Source: Acidobacteriota bacterium (lineage in GTDB: Bacteria > Acidobacteriota > UBA6911 > RPQK01 > CBDAPI01). From it: 64,000 nucleotides of DNA. Positions 19,562-29,726 of the stretch are shown piece after piece. Location: positions 147,987-211,986 of the forward strand of contig CBDCBX010000019.1 in the NCBI GenBank assembly GCA_965214465.1. The letters are read 5' to 3'. The position numbers were made by a program, and so were the translations under genes. The notes beneath the pieces are model-generated. The model did no database searches. It saw only the letters and a program-made list of their open reading frames with translations, and had not been told where the DNA came from. Numbering within the stretch: position 1 is the first letter of the stretch; every line of letters starts with the position of its first letter.

Positions 19562-21113
19562 GGAAGTTTTCCTCACAAGTGAAGTAGTCGGCTCCGCGCA
19601 GGTTCGAGTGTTCCAGAGCCGGTTGTGGTGGTTGGGTCTCGGGTAATGGTTGGGAGTCCAGACCTGTCTTGAGAATGGACTTGACGCTCTGGTAGGAGAA
19701 GGTGGAGAAGGACAAGGCCCGCCGGCAGGCGGCCTCCAGGCGATCCTCGCCGAAGGTCTTGCCCAGCCGCAACAGTCCCAGGCAGCTACGGTAGGCCTGT
19801 TCCGGATAGCGGCCAGAGGCGAGCATCTTCTCGACCAGATCACCACAGTGGGGTCCGATCTTGGCAGCCCAGGAGATCAGCCGCGAAGGAGACCACTCCA
19901 GATAGCGGCGGTGACACTGTGGACGGTGCTCGGAGCAGGTAGAGGCAGTTCCCGACACGCGGTTGCGACGATGCGAGGCCACCCGCTGGCCCCGGTGCAG
20001 GATCTCCACGATGTGTTCCGTGTAACGGATCTCGACCTGCTGGCGGACCAGAGCATAGGGAACGCTGTAGTAATGCCGCTCGAACTCGACGTGGTAGTCG
20101 ATGTTCACGCGGGCTTTTTTCCAGCGAGCCAGCTGATAACGGATCCTGGGTAAGGGTCTGAGAGCAGGCTGATCCAGACGGCGGTAGAGCTCGAGGCGAT
20201 TGCCTTCGAGTTTGCGGAAAGGCCGGCGGTTGAGTTCTCTGAGCAGTTCGTGGATGGCTGCATTGAGCTCACCCAGGCTGAAGAAGCGTCGCTTGCGCAG
20301 GGCGGCCAGGATCCAGCGCTCAACGATCAAAACGGCCGATTCGACTTTTTCCTTGTCCCGAGGAGCCCGCACCCGGGCCGGGATGACTGCCACTGAATAA
20401 TGGGCTGCCCACTCGGCGTAGCTGGGGTTGATCTGTGGCTCGTAAAAGCAAGCCTGAGAGACAGCCGTGCGGGTGTTATCCGGGATCACCACCCGGGTAG
20501 TGCCACCGTAAAACTCCACGGCCCGCACGTGAGCTCCGATCCAGGATTCAAGATCCTGGCTTTCGGTAGCTTCGGCATAGGTGTAGTTACTGGCCGCCAA
20601 GACGGCCACGAAGATGTTGGCTTGACGCATCTCACCGGTCTTGGGATCGACAATCTCGACCGTCTGGCCGGCATAGTCGACGAACATCTTCTCGCCGGCC
20701 CGGTGGTTTTGCCGCAGCACCACGTCGAGCTTTCCTCTCCAGCGGTTGTACAGATCGCAAAACTGCGAGTACTGGTAGCCGTCCGGATGACCCTGTTTGT
20801 ACTCCTGCCAGAGCAACTGCAGCGTGACTGACTTGGCCCGCAGCTCTCGGTGAACGTAGGCAAAGTCCGGTGGAGAGCGGTGGCGGCCCCGAGGAGCCGG
20901 AGGAGGAAAAAGCTGTCCTTCCAACTCGACCTCGCTCATCTGGGCCACCTGTTTCCAGTCGAGCTGGGCGACCCGGGTCCGGCTCAGGTAATCACCCACG
21001 GTAGCCCGAGACACCGAGCAGCTGCGAGCGATCTGGCGAGCTGACAAGTGGGCCTGAAAATGTAGTCTGAGAATCTCCTTGATCTTGCGCATGGGCAGCC
21101 TCCGATTGGCCAT
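19551..21113 (-). CDS. istA: IS21 transposase IstA
   Basis: GEKMFVDYAG, VIPDN and PRDKEKVE motifs. Confidence 0.95.
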   Translation of the reverse strand: MANRRLPMRKIKEILRLHFQAHLSARQIARSCSVSRATVGDYLSRTRVAQLDWKQVAQMSEVELEGQLFPPPAPRGRHRSPPDFAYVHRELRAKSVTLQLLWQEYKQGHPDGYQYSQFCDLYNRWRGKLDVVLRQNHRAGEKMFVDYAGQTVEIVDPKTGEMRQANIFVAVLAASNYTYAEATESQDLESWIGAHVRAVEFYGGTTRVVIPDNTRTAVSQACFYEPQINPSYAEWAAHYSVAVIPARVRAPRDKEKVESAVLIVERWILAALRKRRFFSLGELNAAIHELLRELNRRPFRKLEGNRLELYRRLDQPALRPLPRIRYQLARWKKARVNIDYHVEFERHYYSVPYALVRQQVEIRYTEHIVEILHRGQRVASHRRNRVSGTASTCSEHRPQCHRRYLEWSPSRLISWAAKIGPHCGDLVEKMLASGRYPEQAYRSCLGLLRLGKTFGEDRLEAACRRALSFSTFSYQSVKSILKTGLDSQPLPETQPPQPALEHSNLRGADYFTCEENFHAH

Positions 21114-21495
21114 CTGTTCTCCTCTTCCTCTCTAAGTGAAAAAGGAGCAACGATAGTCCGCGTTGCCCAGCGTCGCAAACTCCTGAGGGCAGGAACTTTC
21201 CGCTAACCTGGCCACCCATTCCGGAGCAAACCGGCCACCCATTCCGGAAAAGTCCCGAAAAGTGGCCTACTTTGGCCCGGAATACCCGGCCGGATTGGCC
21301 CGGAACAGGTGGCCGGTTTGGCCCGGAATACGCAAACCTGGCTCCTCATCACCCCTGCAGACGTTACGTTGACTTTCTCGTTGCCAATAGCTATGTCAGG
21401 GGGGGGCTGTCGATGTCACAATCAGGGAGCATGAGATATATGTGCCGGTGAATTGGTGTTGGTAATCTTGTTTTGAATTAGGAGGTTAGAAGCAA

Positions 21496-21687
21496 ATGAC
21501 CGGGAGGACCAATGGACCCAAACGGCCAGGTATAAGTGGGGCAACTGCGATTGGCGTGGGAATCACAGTAGGCACAGGGATGGGAGCTGCCATGGGTGCA
21601 GCCACGGGCAACATGGGGATGTGGTTGGCCGTCGGAATAAGTATCGGAATAGCAGTCGGAGCTGCAATATCTTCCCGCTGTTCATGA
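21496..21687 (+). CDS. Small glycine-zipper membrane protein
   Basis: SD AGGAGG upstream; GxxxG repeats. Confidence 0.65.
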   Translation: MTGRTNGPKRPGISGATAIGVGITVGTGMGAAMGAATGNMGMWLAVGISIGIAVGAAISSRCS

Positions 21688-21811
21688 ACTGACAGATGGC
21701 CGTTTCAAAACGAAGGCCCAACCTACAGCGCCGCCACCGGCATCGTGGCAAACTGCCCCGGCCGGGTCTGGACCACCGTGGCCGCCTTCAAGATGGTGTG
21801 GAAGGAATTCC

Positions 21812-22000
21812 CTAACACTTGGCACAACGGATATCATTGAAAATCACATCCGGATCGGCCTCGGCCCGTGCAAACTCGATCAAGACTCGGAGCGTCTTGT
21901 TTTCATCGGGCAGACTGAATTCTTCTTGCATCTTGGTCAGCCACTCTTTTTGATCTTCATAGAGCTCGAAACTCGTCAGTATGATCCCGTTCATAGCCAC
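21812..22000 (-). CDS. Small hypothetical protein, RHH-like with C-terminal CxxC
   Basis: FELYEDQKEWL...LPDENKTLRVLIEFA...IRCAKC; protein-like composition. Confidence 0.6.
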   Translation of the reverse strand: MAMNGIILTSFELYEDQKEWLTKMQEEFSLPDENKTLRVLIEFARAEADPDVIFNDIRCAKC

Positions 22001-22262
22001 CAGCTTACTACTCCCCTGTCACAAATAGAATAACCCAAGAAACAGGGGTGGCGGTGGGAGCCCGTAGTCCTGTACTCCTTCGAGGTCTTAGACGGCCCCG
22101 AGTTCCGCCCTGACCTGCACCAAGCCCTTCGAGACGGACTCACCGCCCTGGGAATGCTGGGCTGGGAGCGCAAGGACGGCACACTGCAGGCCAAGGGTGG
22201 GCTGTTCCCCTGGCCTGATGAGACCCAGGTCGACTTATCCGGGCAAGTCTTCAAACACCTAG

Positions 22263-23904
22263 CCCGGATTATGCAAGAACCGTAGTCCGGAGTTGAAAAA
22301 CGACTCGAGAAGTGGCTCAACTCGAAAGCGGACAGGTGTGACAGGCGGATTTGCGAAGAATATCGGTTGGCGAGGCGTTTGAAGTGGTTGGGGAGTGAAT
22401 TTCAGACAGATCTGGGCCTGGGTGAGTATCGGAAGCGGTTTTTCGGGGAGCTGGGAGAGGCTAGCTGGAGTTGAGACGACTCAAGACGAGGTGGAAGAGG
22501 GGTTGTTCGGGAAAGGCTGAGGAAAGATGGACCCAGATGCGTCGAGTGGTTTGTCGGATCCGGGCCCCGATCTTGAGGACACGACGACGTAAGGTTTCGA
22601 TTTCGAGCAGGGGGTCCCGTGCAGATAGTCGCGCAGGCGCACGAACATCTGGTAAGCCAGGGCATGCAGAAGGAGTCGAAACTGATTGGCCAGGAATCGA
22701 TGACAGCTGAGTCGGTCCATGCTCAGATGATTCTTGAAGGCCTTGATGAAGTTTTCGGTCTGTCCTCGGTTTGTGTAGTGGTCATAAAGTGATTGGGAGC
22801 AGAGATCGTCCCGGTTGGTGACCACAAAGCGACGATTGATCCCGCGCTGATCGACCTCCACTTTGACGATGACGCGACGAGATCGATCCCAGCTGTTGGC
22901 TCGATAAAGAAACTCGTCAAACTGACGCTGTTTTTCCTCCAGCTCAAGGAACCTTTCCCGGTCGAATCCAGCAGGGGCTCGACCACTCGCTGCAGGCGAG
23001 GGTTTCGACTTAACCCAATGACATACTGGAGTTGATTCTCTTCAGCCTCACAGAACTCGTAGAGCCGCGGCGTGGCAAAGCCGCTGTCGGCCCGAATCTC
23101 AATCTCGACATCCGTCCCCACTCCTTGTCGGATAGCCTCCACGACTCGCTTCAGAATGGGCACGATGTGAGAGGCAGCTCCCTTGTTGCCAGGTCTCAAC
23201 ACGGCACACACCAGGTCTCCCGTGTCGGCATCGAAGATCAGCAAAGGATGCAGAATGTGGCTTCGGTAATACCCGTGGTAGAAGGAGAACTCCTGCTGGC
23301 CGTGGGTGTGGTCGTCGGTACTGTCCAGATCCAGGATGATCTTACCGGGACGTCTTTTCTTCAGGGAGCGCACATAACGGCCTAGCAGCCACTGGCTCAA
23401 ACGCATCAGATCCTTCCTGGTGACGGAGTTCTCCAAGCGGGAGAAAGTCGGCTGCGTGGCCAAATCCGGATCGCTCTCCGGCAACTGATCACAGACGGTT
23501 TTGAGCATCGGATCCGAGCGCAGCGTATCGGCGTCATTACAGTCTTCGTAGCCGGCCACGATCTGCAAGACTCGTTGTCGGATCAACTTCAACAGATCAT
23601 GACGAATGTAGCGTTGGTCTCGACTCTCCGAAATACACGAACTGAAGCCCTCGCAGAGCCGATGTTGCCGATCCACCGATCCAAACAACAACCATCCTGC
23701 GTCGGAAGTGAGGCTCCCCCCATCAAAACGCGCCGTGATCTTTCTGTGGCTGTGAAATGGCAGGGTATTCTGGCAGACTGCTCTTAACATTGCCGTAGCT
23801 CCTGGTTAGGGTCTTGTTTGTGTAAACCCTTTTATATCAGAGAGCTACGGCTCTTTTTATGGGCCCAAATCTCACTCGGATTCAGATCTCATGCATAATC
23901 CGGG
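22263..23904 (-). mobile_element. IS1380-family element, copy 2 (transposase 22461-23790 with two frameshifts)
   Basis: Same TIRs; CTAG TSD at 22259-22262 and 23905-23908; 7-nt deletion near 22608 and 1-nt deletion near 22960 relative to copy 1. Confidence 0.93.
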
Positions 23905-24398
23905 CTAGGTCAACCAGCGAAGCCCCCACAGGAAGAAGGAGCAGACCAGGACACCTGAGGACAGGACGTTATCGCATACGCAAAGGCTTTGAGCGGCAGC
24001 ACGTTGTTGCCCGGCGTTGACGTTATCCGACAGTTTGGAATGGGCAGGCAGGCTTAGGAATAGAACCATCTTGCCTTCGTGGGTGGGCCTGAAAACAGCA
24101 AGGTCACCACTGACAGGAAACAGTTCTCCTCTGTTCATTGTTGGGTCCTCCACTTGAAGGGGATTCTGTGGAAACGATTATCTCGCACGGAGGGACTGGA
24201 CACCAACCCGTTGCGATCGGTCGCTGAGTGGGACGAGGTCAGGGCTTGCAGATCTTGCACCCCCGGTACCCAGCACTGTGCGCCTCTTCCTTACTCCTGA
24301 ACTCCCTGGTGCAGTTCTTGTACCGGCACCCTGGGTCGTGGTAGATCCGGTTGCTCACGTTGCCGCGCAGGTCACGAAATGCCCGTCTCCTAAGGGCT

Positions 24399-25166
24399 CT
24401 ACTCCGATTCGGGACTCTCTTGCGGCGTGTGCGCAGCGGCGCCTCTCATCCGTGCGGGTTGCGCTTCCCCGATGGCGAGAACGAGACCCCGGAGCGAATA
24501 GATGTGGGCGACCAAGAACATGGACACGACATATGACGGGACGAACATGAAGACCGTTGCGATATGCGGCGCGAACGAGTCGGCCGGCACGACAAACAGA
24601 CCCAACACGAGCGCCATCGAAGCGTCCAGCAGGCCGAGGGCGTTTGCAGCGATCGCGATTGATCGTCCGCTCGGCCTGCCCCGCAACAGCGAGTAGGCGG
24701 CGTAGAGTGCAAATACTCCGACGCTCACGTCGCCAATGCCGGCGGCGACGCCGAAGGTAGGTGAGACGAAGCCCATGTCGGTGAACACCAAGAAGATGAA
24801 GCCCAGGATACGCAGCCCTTGGAACGCGATGAGCTGATGCTGAGGAATCTGGTCTAGGATATTGCGGACGGTGGGTGAGCCGAGCAGAAGTAGGCCGACG
24901 ACTGAAGGCATGAAGAGCGCGAGCAGCGCTCGCTCACGACCGCCCGACTGTGTCAGCGCGAAGAACGTGTCGCTCTCGCTGAGCGAGAAGATGAGACCGA
25001 ACCAGGTTGCAAAGAACACCGCGAGCCCGATGCGCGTGAGGTTTTTGAACACGGGTGTCAAACCCAACTTGCCTACAGCGGATGAGAGCGCCAGCCAGAC
25101 GAGAATAGACTGCACGATTCCAACCACAAAAATGGTGCCGACCGTGTACGTCGGGTAGATGTTCAT
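24399..25166 (-). CDS. Uncharacterised multi-pass membrane protein
   Basis: Several TM segments; FQGLRILG and AAGIGD motifs. Confidence 0.7.
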   Translation of the reverse strand: MNIYPTYTVGTIFVVGIVQSILVWLALSSAVGKLGLTPVFKNLTRIGLAVFFATWFGLIFSLSESDTFFALTQSGGRERALLALFMPSVVGLLLLGSPTVRNILDQIPQHQLIAFQGLRILGFIFLVFTDMGFVSPTFGVAAGIGDVSVGVFALYAAYSLLRGRPSGRSIAIAANALGLLDASMALVLGLFVVPADSFAPHIATVFMFVPSYVVSMFLVAHIYSLRGLVLAIGEAQPARMRGAAAHTPQESPESE

Positions 25167-25358
25167 CGTTTTATACTGGTCCTTCTCTTTGGGAAGGATA
25201 TGGGCATGCTTCCATAGACCAAGCCGGAGGTGAACTGCATGGCCACGGAAGACAGCTCCGTGCTAAAGAAACAGCCACCAGATTAAGGCGATCACCCCGA
25301 GCAAACAGCACACTCCACAGCAGATCCCACAGATAAGTTTTAGCAATAGCACCGCCAA

Positions 25359-25931
25359 TCACTTATGACAAAAGGGCAGCTGAGGTATATCCAAGCGAAT
25401 GCGCGGGTCCGCGGTCCAGCCAGAATGGATTGGGGCACTGAAAATGGTTTCGAGTCGAAGCAGAAAGTCCCCTAGATTGATGCCACAATAACAGTTGTGA
25501 CGGGAATGCACACGTCTCAACTTTTCCGTTCCGGCACGCGATAGCCTGTTCATTCCACCCCAAACCTGCATTTCTCGCTTTAGGAGTGCTGCGGAAATCT
25601 GGATCAGGCCCTGCAGGAAAGCGCCGGGGACGTCATTTCTTTCAGTGGTCTTCCAAATCCCTTCCCAGGCTTCATGGGCTTCCCAATAGTAGGCAAAATT
25701 GTACAAATCCACTCCTTGAAGATAATCGGGGGTCTGCGGCCAATTGGACGGGTCAAACTTTTGAGCTGGAACTTCGGATTCACCGTACGAGTGCCCCGCA
25801 GGATGGCGACGAGGGTGAGGAGTCACTCCCGGCAGGTGTCGGTAGAAAGGAAAAGGCTTCGAAGAAAGGCGCATACTAGTGCGGGAGAATGGCCTGGGCT
25901 GATTTGAACCGGGCCGACCGTTCGTTTCCAT
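25359..25931 (-). CDS. DUF309-domain protein
   Basis: GVDLYNFAYYWEAHEAWEGIW...FLQGLIQISAA; start uncertain (25931 or 25874). Confidence 0.8.
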   Translation of the reverse strand: METNGRPGSNQPRPFSRTSMRLSSKPFPFYRHLPGVTPHPRRHPAGHSYGESEVPAQKFDPSNWPQTPDYLQGVDLYNFAYYWEAHEAWEGIWKTTERNDVPGAFLQGLIQISAALLKREMQVWGGMNRLSRAGTEKLRRVHSRHNCYCGINLGDFLLRLETIFSAPIHSGWTADPRIRLDIPQLPFCHK

Positions 25932-25974
25932 CGTCGAGCTCCCCAGGGGCAGTTGGATATTCGCTATAATACCG

Positions 25975-26102
25975 CCATCCGTGATGATGGACCGGACCCT
26001 TTCGGACCGCATCAGTTCATCCACCTCAGCTATCTTTGGCAGGATTGCATAGGCTTGTTGAGACAACCCCTTACCAGTGAGCCCCGGGCCGTGGCAAGTG
26101 CC
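25975..26102 (-). pseudogene. Possible DUF429-like remnant truncated by the adjacent IS
   Basis: LSQQAYAILPKIAEVDELM resembles a DUF429 segment (recalled, not searched). Confidence 0.3.
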
Positions 26103-27506
26103 TGTCCCCCCGAAAAATCCCGTCCACCTTGTAAGGCAATGATTTACGCAAGTCTTGAGGTGGAGCTCAAGGCCTCGTATCCTGCGGGCCATGAGAGAGA
26201 TTCGTTGCCTGTTCCAGATCATCCTCAGGACAATTTCTGACCTCGGGCAAGCTGCCGGATTCGTCCGCACATTTCTATCGGCGTTCTTCAGCCCACGGGT
26301 GACTTTGGCGGCGCGAGTCTTGGCGGCAGAGAGTCAGCTGGCCGCGTGCAAGCATCGGATCGTGGAGGAGCATCGGCCGAGGCCCAGATTCACCCGTGCT
26401 TTCAGACTTCTTTGGGTGTTGCTGTCCAGGATCTGGGATAAATGGCATCAGGTGGCACATCTGATGCAGCCGGCGACGGTCAAGCGCTGGCACACCACAG
26501 GCTTCCGTCTCTACTGGCGCCGGAAGTCGAGGGGCCGCCCCGGCCGGCCTCCCGTGCCAAAGGAGATGCGCGATCTGATTCGCAAGCTGAGCCGAGAGAA
26601 TCCCCTATGGAGTGCTGAACGAATCGGGGACACCCTGCGGCTTTTCGGCTGCGATCCCCCTTGCAGTGACACCATCCGCAAGTACATGTCTCGCCCCAAG
26701 GAGCCTGACAAGCCAACGAACTGGCTGCCCTTCCTGCGCAACCACCTGGAAGTCTCCTGGGCAATGGACTTCTTTACCGTGATCACGGTCGGCTTCTCAT
26801 TTCTCTACGTCTTTGTCGTCTTTGAACATGGTCGAAGGAGGGTGATTCATCTCGCAACGACGTACCATCCCTCCATGGAATGGGTCATTCAACAGCTTCG
26901 AGAAGCCACGCCCTTCGGTCGTCAGCCCAGATTCTTGTTCCGTGACAATGACGGCGTCTACGGCCACGGAGTCCGGAAGTTCCTGGACAGCAGCAACATT
27001 GAAGAGGTGCGAACGGCCTACCGAAGCCCTTGGCAGAATCCTTATATAGAAAGGTTTTTCGGCACTCTCCGCCGGGAACTGCTCGATCACGTGATCGTGC
27101 TCAGGGAAAGGCACCTGAACCGGTTGCTCGCCGAATACATCGAGCAGTACTACCATTGTGCCCGGCCACATCAGGGACTGGACGGTGACACTCCCATTGC
27201 AATCCAGAAACCGGCAGTGGCTGATGGTCAAGTCAAGCTGCTCTCGTTTCCGATCTGCGGTGGGCTTCACCACCGCTATGAACGGGTGGCAGCGTAGGAC
27301 TCAGGTCACAACCGACTCATTCCCTCAACATCTGTCCGACACGGCAAGGTCTGTCTGGGCGGCTTCTTCAGCCGCAAAGCAAACGCCTGTCCACTAATTC
27401 TCATTGTGGTTCGAAGTGCTCGCCGAGGAAGATCATTCAAGTCTGCCACCCGCGGCTGCGTCCAACGGGGTTCCTCACCGGTTAGATGGAGTTTTTCGGG
27501 GGGACA
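26103..27506 (+). mobile_element. IS481-like element (TGT...ACA ends) with integrase-core transposase
   Basis: 15-bp perfect TIR TGTCCCCCCGAAAAA / TTTTTCGGGGGGACA; truncates genes on both sides. Confidence 0.85.
26192..27297 (+). CDS. Integrase-core (rve) transposase
   Basis: WAMDFF, FRDNDGVYG and PWQNPYIERFFGTLRRE motifs; start uncertain. Confidence 0.85.
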
Positions 27507-28848
27507 GCCGGCAACAGAGCTGGCCAAAGCGCCGGGACACCCTTTTTACCAACGCCTGAACCGAGTGCTGGGCAAGCACGGTTTCGATGATTTTGTGGAG
27601 GCGGAATGCACCTCTTTCTATGCCCCCAGCCGAGGGCGGCCCGGCCTGGCACCGGGCATCTATTTCCGGCTGCTGCTGGTGGGTTACTTCGAAGGGTTGA
27701 GCTCGGAGCGAGGCATTGCCTGGCGAGCCGCTGATTCGCTGGCGCTGCGCGGTTTTCTGGGACTGAATCTGAGTGAGTCACCTCCGGATCATTCGACCAT
27801 CTCCAGGACCAGGCGACTGATCGATGTGGCCACGCATGAGGCGGTTTTCTCCTGGGTGCTGAAGCGGGTAGCCGAGAGCGGGTTATTGAATGGCAAGACG
27901 ATCGGCATTGATGCCACCACGCTGGAAGCCAATGCGGCGCTGCGCAGCATCGTGAGACGAGACTCCGAGCAGGGCTACGAAGAGTTCTTAACGGAGCTGG
28001 CAGTAGCCTCCGGCATCCAGACGCCTACTCGAGAAGATCTGGCCCTACTGGACCGCAAGCGAACAGGCAAGGGATCGAACCAGCAGTGGAAGCACCCGCA
28101 GGATGGGGATGCGCGCATCGCCAGGATGAAGGATGGGCGGACGCATCTGGCGCACAAGGCAGAGCATGCAGTGGATCTGGAGACGGGAGCCATCGTCTCG
28201 GTCACGGTGCAAGGAGCGGATCGAGGCGATACGCAAACGATGGTCAAGACACTGATACAGGCGGCCGAGCAGGTGGAACAAGCGCTGCCGAAGGGATCGG
28301 GCATCGAAGAGGTGGTGGCCGACAAGGGATATCACAGCAGCGAGCGGATGGTGGATTTAGAAGCGCTGGGACTGCGCAGCTATGTGAGCGAACCGAAACG
28401 AGGGAAAAGACGCTGGAGAGGAGACACTCAGGCCCGTGATGCGGTCTATGGGAACCGGCGACGAATCCGGGGTCGGCGAGGACGGCAACTTTTACGACAA
28501 CGAGGTGAGCTACTGGAGAGACCGTGTGCTCACCTTTACGAGACCGGCGGGATGAGACGGGTTCACGTTCGGGGCCATGAGAATGTCTTGAAGCGGCTGC
28601 TGATTCAGGTGAGCGGATTCAATCTGGGGCTGCTGATGCGCCAGCAGTTGGGTGTGGGCACGCCGCGGGGGCTGCAGGGGCGGATTTGCCTCGTCTTGCT
28701 CCTCATTTTGTCGCTGTGGAAGCGTCTGAAGGGCCTGTTTGGCTTGATTCCGACCGCCCAGACTCAAAAGTCTAGGTCAACGCTCCCGTCGCTTCTGCCA
28801 CCGGTCCGCTCGGTCTGAAGTCTGAAAACCTATTTGCACCACGGGCTG
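27507..28848 (+). mobile_element. IS1182/IS5-like element, 5'-truncated (transposase frame open to 28818)
   Basis: GHPFY...GRPG, PDHSTISRTR, IDATTLEANA and VADKGY motifs; right end CCACGGGCTG then CTAG (28849); left end replaced by the 26103-27506 element. Confidence 0.8.
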
Positions 28849-28865
28849 CTAGGCGGAGTTCTTAG

Positions 28866-29633
28866 GTGATACGCAAAGTCATTTGCGTTATCGTGGTTGC
28901 TGGGTGCTTTGCGCTCTTGTGGAGGCTGTGGCAGCCCGAGCAAACCCCCATACCTGCGAACGCCATGAAGGTCTTGTTCGTGGGAAACAGTCATACCTAC
29001 TACAACGACATGCCCAAGATGGTTGCCGAGCTGGCGGCCGCCGCAGGTATGGAGCGCCCGCTGCACCCTGTCATGGAAGCTCCCGGCGGCGCCGGCTTCG
29101 CCGAACACCTCGCGAACGGTCGCGTCCAGGCACACCTGAGCCGGGATCGGTGGGACTACGTGGTGCTGCAGGACCAGCAGCAGCGACCATCGTTCACTTT
29201 CAACCGCGAAAGGGTCGACAAGTGGTTCTACATCCCTGCAAGAACCTTGGATGTTATGATTCGCACCGCCGGTGCGAAGACGATCCTATTCATGACCTGG
29301 GCTCGACAGCCTGGCGACCCCGGCAGTATTGAGGGCGACACCTACGACAAGATGCAGGCACGGGTCCGAGACGCGTACACCACGCTCGCCCAGGAAATCG
29401 ACGCGACCGTGGCGACCGTTGGCCTGGCTTGGCAATCGGCATACCACGAGCGCCCCTCGCTGCCACTGTGGATGCACGATGGAAGCCATGCGCAGCGGGC
29501 AGGGTCGTATCTGGCCGCGTGCGTTCTGTTTGCCACTATCTACGAGCAGTCCCCTCTGAGCAACACCTACACATCGGGCCTTTCAGCTGAAGACGCGCGC
29601 TTTCTGCAGAGAAGCGCCGAGCAAGCACGTTAG
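28866..29633 (+). CDS. SGNH/GDSL-like hydrolase (DUF4886-like), membrane-anchored or secreted
   Basis: VLFVGNSHTYYN block I; DGSH catalytic block. Confidence 0.8.
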   Translation: MIRKVICVIVVAGCFALLWRLWQPEQTPIPANAMKVLFVGNSHTYYNDMPKMVAELAAAAGMERPLHPVMEAPGGAGFAEHLANGRVQAHLSRDRWDYVVLQDQQQRPSFTFNRERVDKWFYIPARTLDVMIRTAGAKTILFMTWARQPGDPGSIEGDTYDKMQARVRDAYTTLAQEIDATVATVGLAWQSAYHERPSLPLWMHDGSHAQRAGSYLAACVLFATIYEQSPLSNTYTSGLSAEDARFLQRSAEQAR

Positions 29634-29726
29634 GCCGCTCTCGCTGAGATCGCGATGTGCTTGATCGATTGAACCTACTTCGAACGAAACTCCGGTGAAT
29701 CTGCCGACAGGTTCCTCGTGCTCGCC
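29634..29726 (-). pseudogene. Possible VOC/glyoxalase C-terminal remnant
   Basis: VGRFTGVSFEVGSIDQAHRDL, cut by the IS end at 29727. Confidence 0.3.

Larger units (their letters stand above)
18502..21334 (-). mobile_element. IS21-family element
   Basis: Ends TGCGTATTCCGG / CCGGAATACGCA, multiple subterminal GGCCACC repeats, 5-bp TSD AACCT (18497-18501, 21335-21339). Confidence 0.95.
18206..21434 (+). pseudogene. TenA/THI-4 family gene disrupted by IS21 and apparently truncated
   Basis: FRRWLGQDYLF...LELDWFE before the IS; the frame resumes NLAPHHPCRRYVDFL after the AACCT duplication, then stops early. Confidence 0.75.

Noticed and set aside
18502-21334. Clustered GGCCACC/CCGGAA repeats as a possible CRISPR or iteron array
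   Set aside because: These are the normal subterminal repeats of IS21; no regular spacers and no cas genes.
21339-21348. TGGCTCCTCA match to the tRNA-Asn 3' end as a possible attL
   Set aside because: Only 10 bp, lies inside the tenA reading frame, and no integrase is nearby.
21700-23960. Short coding-like fragments (21700-21815; 22040-22262 continuing at 23909 across the IS1380 TSD)
   Set aside because: No start codon or recognisable family; probably gene remnants, not supportable as features.
29628-29640. GTTAGGC attC-like core at the end of the SGNH gene
   Set aside because: No inverse core site or paired attC arms and no integron integrase seen.
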